Assembly: GCA_025201805.1 (NCBI GenBank)
Contig: MU619315.1
Location: 93,580-146,815, forward strand
DNA length: 53,236 nucleotides
From: Parasitella parasitica NRRL 2501
Taxonomy: Eukaryota; Fungi; Mucoromycota
Direction of reading: 5' to 3'
The position numbers were made by a program, and so were the translations under genes. The notes under the pieces were generated by a model. That model was not told the DNA's origin. It did not search any database and saw only the letters and a program-made list of their open reading frames with translations. Shown one piece after another: positions 1 to 11,697 of this stretch; position 1 is the first letter of the stretch; each line of letters begins with the position of its first letter.

Positions 1-3000
1 AGAAATGCTGCGAGTTAGAAACAAAAAATCATTAGATTACCTTTCAAAAAATAGTGATTTAATTTTTACATTACTCTAAATAAAAAAAGTCTTTTACACA
101 ATATATTAGTTTTTTTTGTGATGTATAAAGTTATAGTTATATAGCAAAATATTTGAGGCATCATATATCATCTGCTATATAAACTAATAAATTTATTACA
201 GGTTTCCCAACCTTCAAATAAGTCGACTTATTGAAGTTTCCTCTTGAATAAGTTCAATTAATTGCCTGCGGGATATGAAATCAGAGGTTTCCTTTTGGTC
301 TCCTCAGGTTTCCCGACCCACATATAAACCTTTTTATTTACACGCGCTTAGTCTGTTTTTTTTCCTTCATGAAAATAAAATGTAATAAAATACAGCCGTA
401 AAAACATTATCCATTTAGCTATGCGCACTTAGCAACATTGCACTTTCTAAGATGACAACTTGAGATGATGACCAGGTATTCTCAATAAAATATGTTGAAA
501 AGCTCGTTGATTTTTGTATATGGTAAAAATGCATCAGCTAATACGAGATTTTAGAATACATTTGTAGCAGTTTTACCAAAGTAATGACATGGGGATGATC
601 TTTAGCTGGCATTTCAAATTTCCCATGCTCAGGTTCAAAGAAATATGATTTTGGCGAGGCAATAGAATCAAATATTCCGGGAAAATGTTAAAATATGAAA
701 TTAATCAGAAAATAATCATGCCACGCGTGTATAGCTTAGCTATGATGAGTTTATCCCTTTGAATAAATCAATGATTGAGGGAACAACGTTTGTCTATCTA
801 ATTCGTAAATAATGCTTGTTTACATAAGGTAGGGAGATAAGTCTGTTTCACCAACACCTGTCGAATTCGTGGGAAGTGTCAACGGATATACCACGTCAAC
901 TCGTAAAAATTCAAATGATACCGAGACGATATATGTGAATGTGATTAAAGTTACAAAGGATACTGGCACTATTACAATGCTTTGTATAAGCTGTTAGGTA
1001 ATAATACACCTTTTCTAATATGTTACAATTCACACTGCGTCCTTCTTTTTCTATTAGACCGCCCAATACATTTCAAAGAGTTGGTTTAATGTGATGGGAT
1101 TATGTACAGGGTCATTGATGCGAATATTGAAGTATTCAATACGCCACAAAAACTGTTACCACACATACTAATCTCTAAACAAACCGTGATAAAAACCATT
1201 TTATTAAGTTGTAAAAGTATCTTTTTTTCCAAGTTGCAAGCTAATCATGCTGTTCATATCACATCAAATTACCAGCGTGAAATAAACACAAACTCATATT
1301 GAATCTACTTTTGTTATAATTTTTGAAGTTATTTCCGTAATAATGGTATAACAGTAATTTTGAGTTCTGAACTAGTAACATGTTTGAGATTTAATCATTT
1401 AGAAGTCTGTGTCATTTTTTTTATAGCAGAGCGTTCTGATGGTCTGGTGGCACTGTAACATACTCTAACCGTATAATATATACAAATAGTGAATAGTTTG
1501 TTATATCAACGGATAGTTATGTATTATAAGCAAGGTTTTTGTATGTGAATGTTAATGAATTAATAAAACTTTATTAGGACTCGTTCGGCATTTATTCTTG
1601 TAGATGCCATATTTTTTCAAGGTACAAGCTATCCATGAGGTATATTTAGTCTTTTTCTAGGCTATCAAGTGTAAATTTATAAAAAGTTACTTAACATTCA
1701 TCATTGCTTGAGTCTTTTAAGTATGAAAATACGATCTGTAGTTGGATGAAAGTATACAAGAGAAGATGAGTAATGTAACAAATATTACTTGAGCAAACGA
1801 AATAGCTTTTCTCAGGATTTTATTGTGGTTTGATTATTTATCAGCTTCTCCGGCTACTTTTATTAGTATGGAAATAATGGTATAATACTAAGGCAAAAAA
1901 ACTATATCCTGTATGAGTAAAAGTGATAACTAAAATTAATTGGTTGCGAATGTCAACAAAAATGACATATTTGTCTGTTTTGCCCTTTTTACAACATTTC
2001 ATGCCATCATTCAGGTAGCAATAAAACATGTTAGTTTTATTGACATTGGCGAAAATACTTTTTTTTTTATCATGAAATGGACAAAGATTAATAAGCTAAA
2101 TATATTGAAACAACAACGGCCATATCGAAAAATATAAAAAAGTCAGATAAATGCATCATAAAGATTACCTTGATAAATGTCGTACAGTTATTGCGTTCTG
2201 TCATCTAATTGTCGCTTATCTAAATGTGTATTGTTTGTTTATTCGTATATGGCCAATATGTATCAGTTGATTATTATTATAAGCAGAGAGAAAGACAGCT
2301 TCCCAGGATATATAATAAAGAATATATTTATTTGCTTTATAACAATGTGATGAAACATTCTTCAATTGAATTTATGGCCTATAGAAACTGTCCTTAGAAA
2401 TCAAGATCAGTAAACTTGTCTTGGTTTAGAATTTAAACAAGGATTGTAACGCTCAAAAGCTAGATGATTATACTATGTATTTATATCAAAAACAGCTTTG
2501 TTTAAGAGTCAGGAAGGTCGGGCATGATATATTCAAATATACTCGAGCATAGTACATTTGCTTACATTTACAGTTGAGCTGCAAACCTAGGCCTGGGTAC
2601 TCCAACAAACTACTTGCTTCCACTGAGATTAGAATCATGTTCTTAATACAGATATAGTATATTACCCGGACTCACATTTACATATACATCCAAGACATTT
2701 GAATGTGGATCCCATTGAAGAGATTCTATTTATTAAGAAACGAAAGGGTTTCAAGGACAAATAAAACCGAAAAAACGAAACAAAACTACTCCAATGTATT
2801 ATTCGATCAAGCGTATTCATGTCAAACTTAATTAGAAAAGAGCTAAAAAAAAAAACGGGCCTTCCCTTTTATTAAGGTCAAACGGAATATTGGTAGTGTA
2901 TAAATCAACATTGAAAATGACGTCAATGGCGAAACTCAGGAATCGTACTACCTAAATTCTACATACTTAATCATGTACTGTATATTTGTAGAGCACCAAA

Positions 3001-3462
3001 TTAGATGTGAAGAATATACTTAAGTTCGATTTTTATCAATAATTATTGCAAGTGACGTTATACGACTGAGAAAATCGAAATTTCTATTCAAGGTTGAAAC
3101 CTAGGCCTTTCGCATTATTGCCTTGATGAAATAATAGGTTAGGCTTGTACAAGCGTAGCACATTTGATTTGTTGAACTGAGTGTTCCCCCAGACAGGACG
3201 AACCTATATCATTCAACAATCCTGATCTTGAAACTGAGTTAACTTTTTTTTTTTTTTTTCTTCTTTTTCTGCCATGGCAATTGGACACCAGATGGCCGGT
3301 GGATCCAGAAAAAAAATCGAGAAAACTATATATATAGTATGCTCAGGGAATCATCTGAACCGAAAGAAAAAGCTACATCCACGATCCAAAAATTGCTTGT
3401 AAAATTACTTGACAAAACTGCAATATATCTATATAAACAAAAACTCCAATTTTATTTTGTAA

Positions 3463-6400
3463 ATGATATATCTTCAAAAGAATAAATACTTTTGGTTAAT
3501 ATCTTGCTTAATCGCAATGTTACCAACGGTAGTCAAAGCAACTCCTGCCTGGAATACAGGTAAAACCATACAGAAAGTAGAAGAAGAAAAAAAAAACTCG
3601 CTTACCTAACATGCTTCAAAAAAAATAGTCAATGGTTGGGACTTGAATGGCAATCAATGTCCATTACCTACATATAATGCCTATCCCTGCCCTGCGCTCT
3701 GTGTGCGTGATATATCGGCATGTCCAGAAATTGTTCGCCCCTCATGTCCTGCTGGCCAGACATTTTGTGTTGACGGCTCATGCCGAGAATCTTGTCCCAT
3801 GAATCTTGTATCTGAATGCTCCTGCCCTGGTGCACCATCATTGGAAGGTGGCGCTGTCTATAAATGTAAAGATACTGCTCGTGTCAATGTTGAAAATTTT
3901 GATGCTGCCAATAAGCAAGCTCAAACTGAAGCTGCTTGTAGCAACTATCTCGGTGTATCTTCGAACCTTTCTAGTTGGAACCCTAACCCTCAGCCTATGA
4001 TGTGGGGCGCATGCCCTACTCCTGATTACGGCCAACTTACTTTTATTGAGCCAGTCTTTATCGCTTATTACGTCTTTTACGGTTCTTGTGCATTCTTCCT
4101 TATTGCTTGGTCCTGCTACAAGTTTGTCAGGGAAAAGGCCATCAAAGCTCGCTATCATCAAGTGCGTGAGACCAAGCGTGATGCGTACAATGGAGATAAT
4201 GAAAAGAAAGAAGGTGATGGTGCGGAGAGTACCAAAGGATCTGACATGTCTTCTTCCATGAATTCTGAAGATCAAGATGAAATGACCATCAAGGCTTATA
4301 AGCGTGATTACTTTGGTACTATGTGCTTTGTCTTGTACATATTGCAAACTTTGGGTATGATTGCTTACATGATTTTGATCACTTACGACTACTATCAAAA
4401 TTACCTCTTCTTCCGCGGCAATGCCCTTGTCCAATCGAGCACTTTCATAGGCCAATGGTACATTTTCTTTATCTGGTTTGCCACTCTCACTGTCTTCAAG
4501 AGCCGTATCTCCAACTTTTTCCGTCTCCAATGCATGTATTCTCAAGGCCAATACGTCCAAGTAGAGCGTCCTGAGCCCGCAGTCATTGTTTCCACTGATG
4601 ACGATGACAAAATTACGCAATGTGTTCGTGTTATGGAAACCAATGCTAAGCGTATTTTTGGCCTTGATGTCGTTATTGCTACGTCTGCCTTAGAAAAGAC
4701 TGGCAAGGGTACGAAATACTTTATTTACCAATGCACTCGTTATGTCTACCACCCTGAAACACAGCTTTTCAAACCTCATCATTATGTTCTTGGTGAAACC
4801 AATGCTGAACTTGCGCAACTGACACAAGGCCTGTCTTCGCAAGAAGCTTTGGAACGTGAAGAGATGATCGGGCCCAATTTCATTGAAGTCTACGTGCCCA
4901 ACATCCCTATGGCTATTCTTCGTGAATTTTCTTCGTTCTTTTACATCTATCAGTTCACTGCTCTATGGTTATTCTACTATTTTGCGTACTGGCAGGTGGG
5001 TATCGCTGATACTGCTGTCATTCTCGTTTCTGCCATTGTCAAGGTCTATGTTCGTCTCAAGTCTGAAATACGTATCAAGAAAATGGCTGAATTCACTGAC
5101 AGCATCCAAATCATGCGCGATGGCCAATGGAAAGACGTGTCTACGGCTGACCTAGTTCCTGGTGATGTATTTGAGGTTGTTGAAGGTAAAACTGCTCCTT
5201 GTGATGCTGTTGTGTTGACGGGTAATATTGTTGCGGATGAGAGCTCGCTTACTGGCGAACCCCTGCCTATCCGTAAGTTCCCTCTCCGTGCCAACGATCC
5301 TACCGAGTATGATAGTATGGGTGCTGGCAAGATTTCTACTATTTTCGCTGGCACTATCATCTCCCAAGCCCAACGCACTGAGCACGACACTCCCGTCACT
5401 GCTTTGGTTATGAACACTGGCACTGCTACTGATAAAGGTGAATTGGTCAAGAAAATTCTTTTCCCTACCCGCGTTTCGTTCATTTTCGATGAGCAAATCA
5501 AGATTGTTATTCTGATTTTGCTCTGTTGTGGTTTGATATGTCTTGGTTTGGCTATTTGGCTGTATACTAGCGGCACCAGTGCTTGGTTCTATGCCATGTT
5601 TGCCATCTGTCAGCTGGTCTCTCCTTTGCTCCCTGCTGCTCTTGTCGTCGGCCAGTCTGTTGCTGCTGGTCGTTTGCGCAAGAAGCAGATCTTTTGTGTC
5701 GATCTCCCTCGTATTCTGATGGCTGGCAAAGGTACAAAGCGCGATTCTTATAATGTCTTGGGCTAATCTTATAACTAACTTTTTTTTTTTTTTTTTTTTA
5801 ATACATCCTGTAGTCCAACTTTTCTGCTTTGACAAGACTGGTACATTGACCAAAGAGGGTCTTGAATTCTTTGGTGCCAAGCCCATCACTGATATTGACA
5901 ATATTGTCGATCAACGCGCCAGCGGATGTGAGCCTCAATTTGACGAACACATCGAAAACATCGATCATGTCCCTAGATTGATGCAAATCGGCATTGCTAC
6001 CTGTCATGCTGTCACTACTCTGAATGGCCAGTTTATTGGCAATCCTGTTGACATCGAAATGTTCCGTTCTTCCAAATGGACATTGAAAGATGAGCCTGAA
6101 GACGAAGCCTACGTCGACACATTAACCCCTCCTATGTCTGCCCCTGGTGAATCTGGTGCTCCAGTCCATGTCTTGAAACGTTTTGAGTTTGTCCATGCCC
6201 GTATGTCCATGTCTGTAGCGGTTCTTGACACTTACACAAACAAGGTTCACATCTTTGTCAAGGGTGCCTATGAAAAGATCAAGGATTTATGTAACCCCAA
6301 ATCCATCCCTGTTGACTATGACTCTATTACAGCGGGATTAGCTCGCCAAGGCTGTTATGTACTCGCTCTTGCTCATCGCGAACTCGAGCTCGAACAGATT

Positions 6401-7861
6401 GGTGGTATTGAAGGCTTCCGTAACTGGAACCGTGATCAAATGGAAGAACAAATCAATTTTTGCGGTTTAATCGTCTTCAAGAATCAGCTCAAGGAGGATA
6501 CAACAGAAAACATTTTGGAGTTGAAGCGTGGTGCTACTCGTACAATCATGATCACTGGCGATACTGCATTGACTGGTGTCTACATTGGTCGTCAATGTGG
6601 CATGGTCAATGAGGGCTCGCGTGTATTTTTGGGCGATTTTGACAAGTCTATGGGTCGCATTGTTTGGTCTGATGTGGATGAGCCTGATGTTTTCCCTGAT
6701 GTAAATATCGATGAGGTTCTATTGAACCAGGCCCACACTCCCTGTGAGCTGGCAATGACTGGTAAAGCGTTCGACTGGCTCTGTGAGACTGATTTGATTA
6801 GAAAGTATCTGTTGGATACTCGTGTTTTTGCTCGTATGACACCCTCAGGTAAAGTCAAGTGTGTGCAACTTCATATGGAAAGAGGTATTACTGCAATGAC
6901 TGGTGATGGTGGTAACGATTGCGGTGCTCTTCGTGCTGCTCATGTTGGTATTGCCATGTCTGACGCTGAGGCTTCTATTGTGTCTCCTTTCTCCACTAGC
7001 AATCGTAGTGTTCGCTCCTGTGTTGAATTGATTCGTCAAGGTCGTGGTGCCTTGGCTACCTCTATCACCAACTACAAGTATCTGGTCATGTATGGCCAAG
7101 TAATGATGATGTTGAAAATCTATACTTTTTATTTCTCGGTTACTCTCTCGCAAAACGTCTGGATTGCTGTTGATGTCTTGATTACCGTACTGCTTACCTA
7201 TGCCGTTTCTCAATCTCACGCTGCTACACGATTGGAAGGCCAAAGGCCCACTGCCAGATTACTTGGCCCTCAAACGCTTGCCTCTGCCATGGGCCTTGTT
7301 GCTATTAATTGGATTTTCTTGGCCAGTGCTTTTGACATGTTGTTCAAGCAATCGTGGTTCCGTTGTCATGAATTTGACGCCTCTGCTGTTGACATCTCCA
7401 AGTGGTGGCTGTTGGCAGATAACTATGAAGCTGAAGTTCTAGCCTTGGTTTGTCTCTTCCAATTCGTCAATAACGCTGCTGTTTTCAACTATGGTTATAA
7501 GTTTAGAAAATCCTTCTGGAGAAATTACTCGTTGGTATTCCTGTGGCTATTGTACATTGCCATTGTATCCTATTGGATGTTGGCTGGCCCTAACCGATTT
7601 GGTTGCCTGTTCAGATTTAACTGTGGTACAAAGGAAGTGCTAAGTGAACTCGGCTATCCAGTACCTCCCACTTACATTGAACCTTACAATACACCTTTGG
7701 GCCATAACATCATGCCTTCTGACTTCCGTTGGAGACTTTGGGGCTTATGTCTTGGTAACATGGCAGCAGGTCTCGCTTATGAAAAACTGGTTGTCATAGG
7801 CCCTGCTCATGCTTACCTTGCGAGAAGATTCCCTGTAGACAGACTACAAAAGAAGGTTTAG
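3463..7861 (+). CDS. P5-type (P5B-like) P-type ATPase with N-terminal signal peptide and Cys-rich domain; 3 exons (3463-3559, 3629-5731, 5814-7861)
   Basis: Motifs DESSLTGE, CFDKTGTLT (phospho-Asp), FVKGAYE, MITGD, VFARMTP.GK and TGDGGNDCGAL. GT-AG introns 3560-3628 and 5732-5813 join the frames (G|TC in both). Exon 1 reads MIYLQKNKYFWLISCLIAMLPTVVKATPAWNT. Confidence 0.93.
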
Positions 7862-8081
7862 ACAAGAAACCAGATGTAAATATAAAATAACTCATCCACT
7901 TTTTCACTGCAATTACCTATTATATTCTATTACTTTTCCTTATGCTCAACTTTTGTTGATCATATTACATATCCAAATTGTATTTTAAAGCTTCCAATAA
8001 AGAAACGCTTTTCAAAAGCCAAAAAATTGACGATTTAACATTTTATGTATTTGTTTAAAGAATATCATCAACATAAATAGC

Positions 8082-8790
8082 CATGTTGAGACGCGATAAA
8101 AACTATTGCTCACGCTCAAAAATATTCAAAGCAAAGCTGCAACTGACAATGCTCAGATAGCCCTGATCATGGCTGAACTAATCATGCTTAGAAAAGAAGC
8201 TGCAGCTGGCCGTATCATTCCTGCAGAAAATTAGATGGCCGAGAAAATACAGTTAGCTCTAAAGATATATCGCAAGTCGTCTTAGTCCACAACAATTTGA
8301 CACTACTGGCTAATACTTCTGAAGTTTACTTGAGATATGTCACTTTAGACATCCACCTAAAAGCAAACGTTGATTATGGGCCCTCTTCGAAATACTTCTA
8401 TAAAAGCTTATCCTGTTCAGTTATTGTTAGCTCTGATGGAAAAAGGGGGGGGGGGAGAAGAATACGAGGATAACATTTACAACAGATGCCTCGATGGATA
8501 TGAAGCTTCTTCCTCTGCTCCTACTAGCATGTTGAAGGTGTGGTCTTCCCCTGCTCCGAAGGGCTTACTTGAGCGCCTTAAAGGTACATCTATGGGCAAG
8601 ACAGACCATCGAGAAACCGGGGAGGAGGAGACCAAGAACTTGCCAAAAAATCTGCTTATCGGCTCAAATACAATGAACGTCCTCATTACTTTCGCCACAA
8701 TAATAGCAGCGTCCGGGTTACCAGAATTGTTTGTTGGTCCTCATTCCTACCGAATTTACCATGGATAGTTGTTTTGAGGAAACCCAAATT
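8082..8790 (+). mobile_element. Possible highly decayed 5' part of a LINE (ORF1-like coiled coil plus start of an APE endonuclease)
   Basis: Broken frames: LLLTLKNIQSKAATDNAQIALIMAELIMLRKE (coiled-coil-like), then ITFATIIAASGL and MDSCFEETQ, which loosely resemble the APE N-terminal motifs. Many stops. Confidence 0.3.
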
Positions 8791-9405
8791 TCGTAGTAAA
8801 AACTATGAATTATGAACTATGAACTAATCACTCAACAATTGCTCCACTAAAAAATACAAATGATCTAAAGGCATAGCCTCCCCACTCCATCTCTTTCTTC
8901 AATTAACCAATAATTGGAATTGCCATTCAAATCAGTTGCACAAACAAATATTAACATTACAACAACCAATTTTTGTAACTAAAAAACCTAGATCAAAAAA
9001 ACCATCTAAAAGAGAATATAAAAGTTTATTTGCGATCGCAGGAAGCATCAAGCTTCTTCTTACTAGATGAGCAGAATTTCAGTAATAGCTACTTGACGTG
9101 AATTTTATGATAGTTAAACGAGTGTACATGTCTTAATAGTAAAAGGTAGTTTATATCTCGTAACCAAGCCCTCGTAGCAGTATGTAACTCTTTTTTGAGA
9201 TCACATGTACTGTTGTCTTTACTTTGCTTCATCCTATTAGTATCCAAGTGAATCTCGCTTGGGTAGATGAAATCTTGCTGTAAATCTTTGATGGCTATAT
9301 TTTTTCTTGTTTTCCTTTTGCAAAATGACAATGTATTGATTCACAAATATATCATAACAACTTTATTAATATCTTTTAGAAACATGGTTTGACATTTGGA
9401 AAATC

Positions 9406-10821
9406 CTAATGCAAATCGATTATTTGAGTGAATCTTTTTTTTTTATCTTGAGTTTGACAATATAAATGGATGTAATGAATCGAGTCTGCATAAATCGAGA
9501 GAACACAGGTGTGATCAGAGTCCAGACGTCTTTGTCGTGCGCTTCTGTTTCTGTAAATATTTGTATGTTTAGCCTCAAAGAGATGTATAGGCTTCCATTT
9601 TGATTTCCTTTGAAAATAGAATGTAATACTAGAAGACGTTGAGGGCCTGCTGTTGACAGTTATTTCGAGGTCTGTCTTGTTCAATTTGCTGACACTACTT
9701 TCAAATATGTCTTGAATATCGATTGATAGGTACTCCAAATTCAAGCCAATAAAGGTCAGCGCGAGGTTGTTCTTTTCGGTCATGATTTTGCTGAAATCGC
9801 ATTCATTCAATTCTAGTTTTTTTAATGTCAAGTAGAAGCATGAAGCAATACTTTGTACTAAATCATCAGAATAGGTAAAGTAGCTTTCAAATCGGATACA
9901 CTTGATAGGTAATTTTTTGTGCGATTTGTAGCTGTTGAAAGTGTTGGTGAGCTGCTGAGTGTCTCGTGACAGGGAGCCAGATAATGTCAGTTGGTTGAAG
10001 TTGTCAACGTTTTCAGTCAGATACTCCAGCAATTCTTGATTCACGAAAACAGTGTCAATGGCCAGCGTCATTAGCCGGGATTTGATGGAGAATAGCTTTG
10101 ATCTGTCTCTAGGGTACATGTGTAATCGAGCGCTGAGTGACAGAAAGTTACTGCCGAACAATTGTAACGTTTCTAGCTGTGGACAAGCGGATAGAACATT
10201 GTGCAAGACAATATCATTATCAAACTGCAGTGACAAACTCCTCAAGACAGTGAAATGGCTCAAATAAAGACCGAGGTCCATGTTGCCTAGTACATCGCGA
10301 AACGTGTTGCTGCTTACATTAAGCGATAATTGAGTGATCTTTTGAGAATAATGATTAATTGCCACGAATTCTCTGTCTCTGATAACTCTATTAACTACAC
10401 TAAATGGTACATAGATTGTTGTTAAGGACTGCATGTTCAGCTCTTGTCTGGCCTGGTACATATGCTCGAGAAATTGGTTGCTGTCATGCATCAAATGGAG
10501 TGTTTGCAGGTTGGTGCAAGCGTTCAAAATACGCACAAGAATGTCTCTTCTTACAATGTATCGGTCGCTTGCCTTTTCTGCAGTTAGGGACAAACAGCGT
10601 ATATCACCGCCGTTCATATGCTTTGGTTCAAAGAATAGCTGTCGGTACAGCATTACGACATCTTCGCTGCCTTGCAGTTGAATATACCCATTTAATCCAG
10701 GTAAATTTACCGTGTACCAGGCTTTACAAACTATCAGGCATTGCTGCTTCAAGTGACGAGGTAGAAGCCCAAATATCTTGTCGAGAATCTCTATGGGTAG
10801 CTCTGATATATGCATTGCCAT
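9406..10821 (-). CDS. F-box protein with LRR-like repeats
   Basis: Intact 471-aa ORF. N-terminal ISELPIEILDKIFGLL...CLIVCKAWY is an F-box; repeated CxxLxxLxL and LxxLxL motifs follow. Confidence 0.87.
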   Translation of the reverse strand: MAMHISELPIEILDKIFGLLPRHLKQQCLIVCKAWYTVNLPGLNGYIQLQGSEDVVMLYRQLFFEPKHMNGGDIRCLSLTAEKASDRYIVRRDILVRILNACTNLQTLHLMHDSNQFLEHMYQARQELNMQSLTTIYVPFSVVNRVIRDREFVAINHYSQKITQLSLNVSSNTFRDVLGNMDLGLYLSHFTVLRSLSLQFDNDIVLHNVLSACPQLETLQLFGSNFLSLSARLHMYPRDRSKLFSIKSRLMTLAIDTVFVNQELLEYLTENVDNFNQLTLSGSLSRDTQQLTNTFNSYKSHKKLPIKCIRFESYFTYSDDLVQSIASCFYLTLKKLELNECDFSKIMTEKNNLALTFIGLNLEYLSIDIQDIFESSVSKLNKTDLEITVNSRPSTSSSITFYFQRKSKWKPIHLFEAKHTNIYRNRSARQRRLDSDHTCVLSIYADSIHYIHLYCQTQDKKKRFTQIIDLH

Positions 10822-11697
10822 GTATCTACCTCAAATAAAGAGATAATGATAATTAAAAAAGAGGGCAAAAGAGGTGTAGAGAGACAGACAGTTGCTTGCA
10901 TACAAAAGTAAGCCGTTTGTGCTTTGACTGCGACTAAAAATCAAACTTGATTTGAGGTACAGTGCTGTAGTGTATGAATGTTACTCACCATTGATGTCTG
11001 TCATTGTTCATAATATGTAGTTTATGCTTGAAACAGGTGCTCATGTCATCATATGGTATACAATCTGGATTCGTATACTGCATGTCATTTCCGGTCAGAA
11101 ATACCATATTTAACAGGCCTTAGAAGCTACAGGGAAGCTCATTCTTGCTATTCCTTACAATATTTGAAGGCATTAAATTCAATAGTTTTTCGATTTTTAG
11201 GCACCAGTGATGATGACTCGCTACTGCTTGCAGTGAATACCTTTGCGATTTATTTTGCATATTCAAATAAAGATACCACGTTACCTGTATGGTAAAATCT
11301 CTCATTGCTATGTGTATTGCGAAAAAACATTTTTTGTATTGAGAAAAGATGAACAAACTGCTTTGCTTTTTAGCTGATTACAGGGTAACTCACGAAATCA
11401 AAACCAAAAGCTGGTTTTGGAAATTGATTCGTTATATTTATTGGAAGCATAATTTTTAAAGTGAGGTATAAGAAGAGGCATAACTTGAGGAATGTATAAA
11501 GGGCAACTAGCATAGAAGAAAAAGATGTACATTTGTGAAAACGATAATGGTACAGTATATAGTGGACATAATTGTTGCATAAAGGTGTCGTAACGACAAT
11601 ACATGAAAAAAAAAAAACAAAAAAAATAGAAAGCAGGTATAGATACTACATACAAATAAAAAGAAAATCAAAAAAAACAAAGGAAATCATACATTGC

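Noticed and set aside
420-1320. Coding-like minus-strand stretches near the window start
   Set aside because: Stops in all frames and no motif I can recognise. It may be a decayed gene or TE but cannot be assigned.
2111-2126. ACGGCCATA resembling the 5' end of 5S rRNA
   Set aside because: The downstream sequence is AT-rich and lacks the rest of the 5S sequence and structure.
9089-9331. 80-aa minus-strand ORF downstream of the F-box gene
   Set aside because: Non-ATG start, no domain and no supporting signals.
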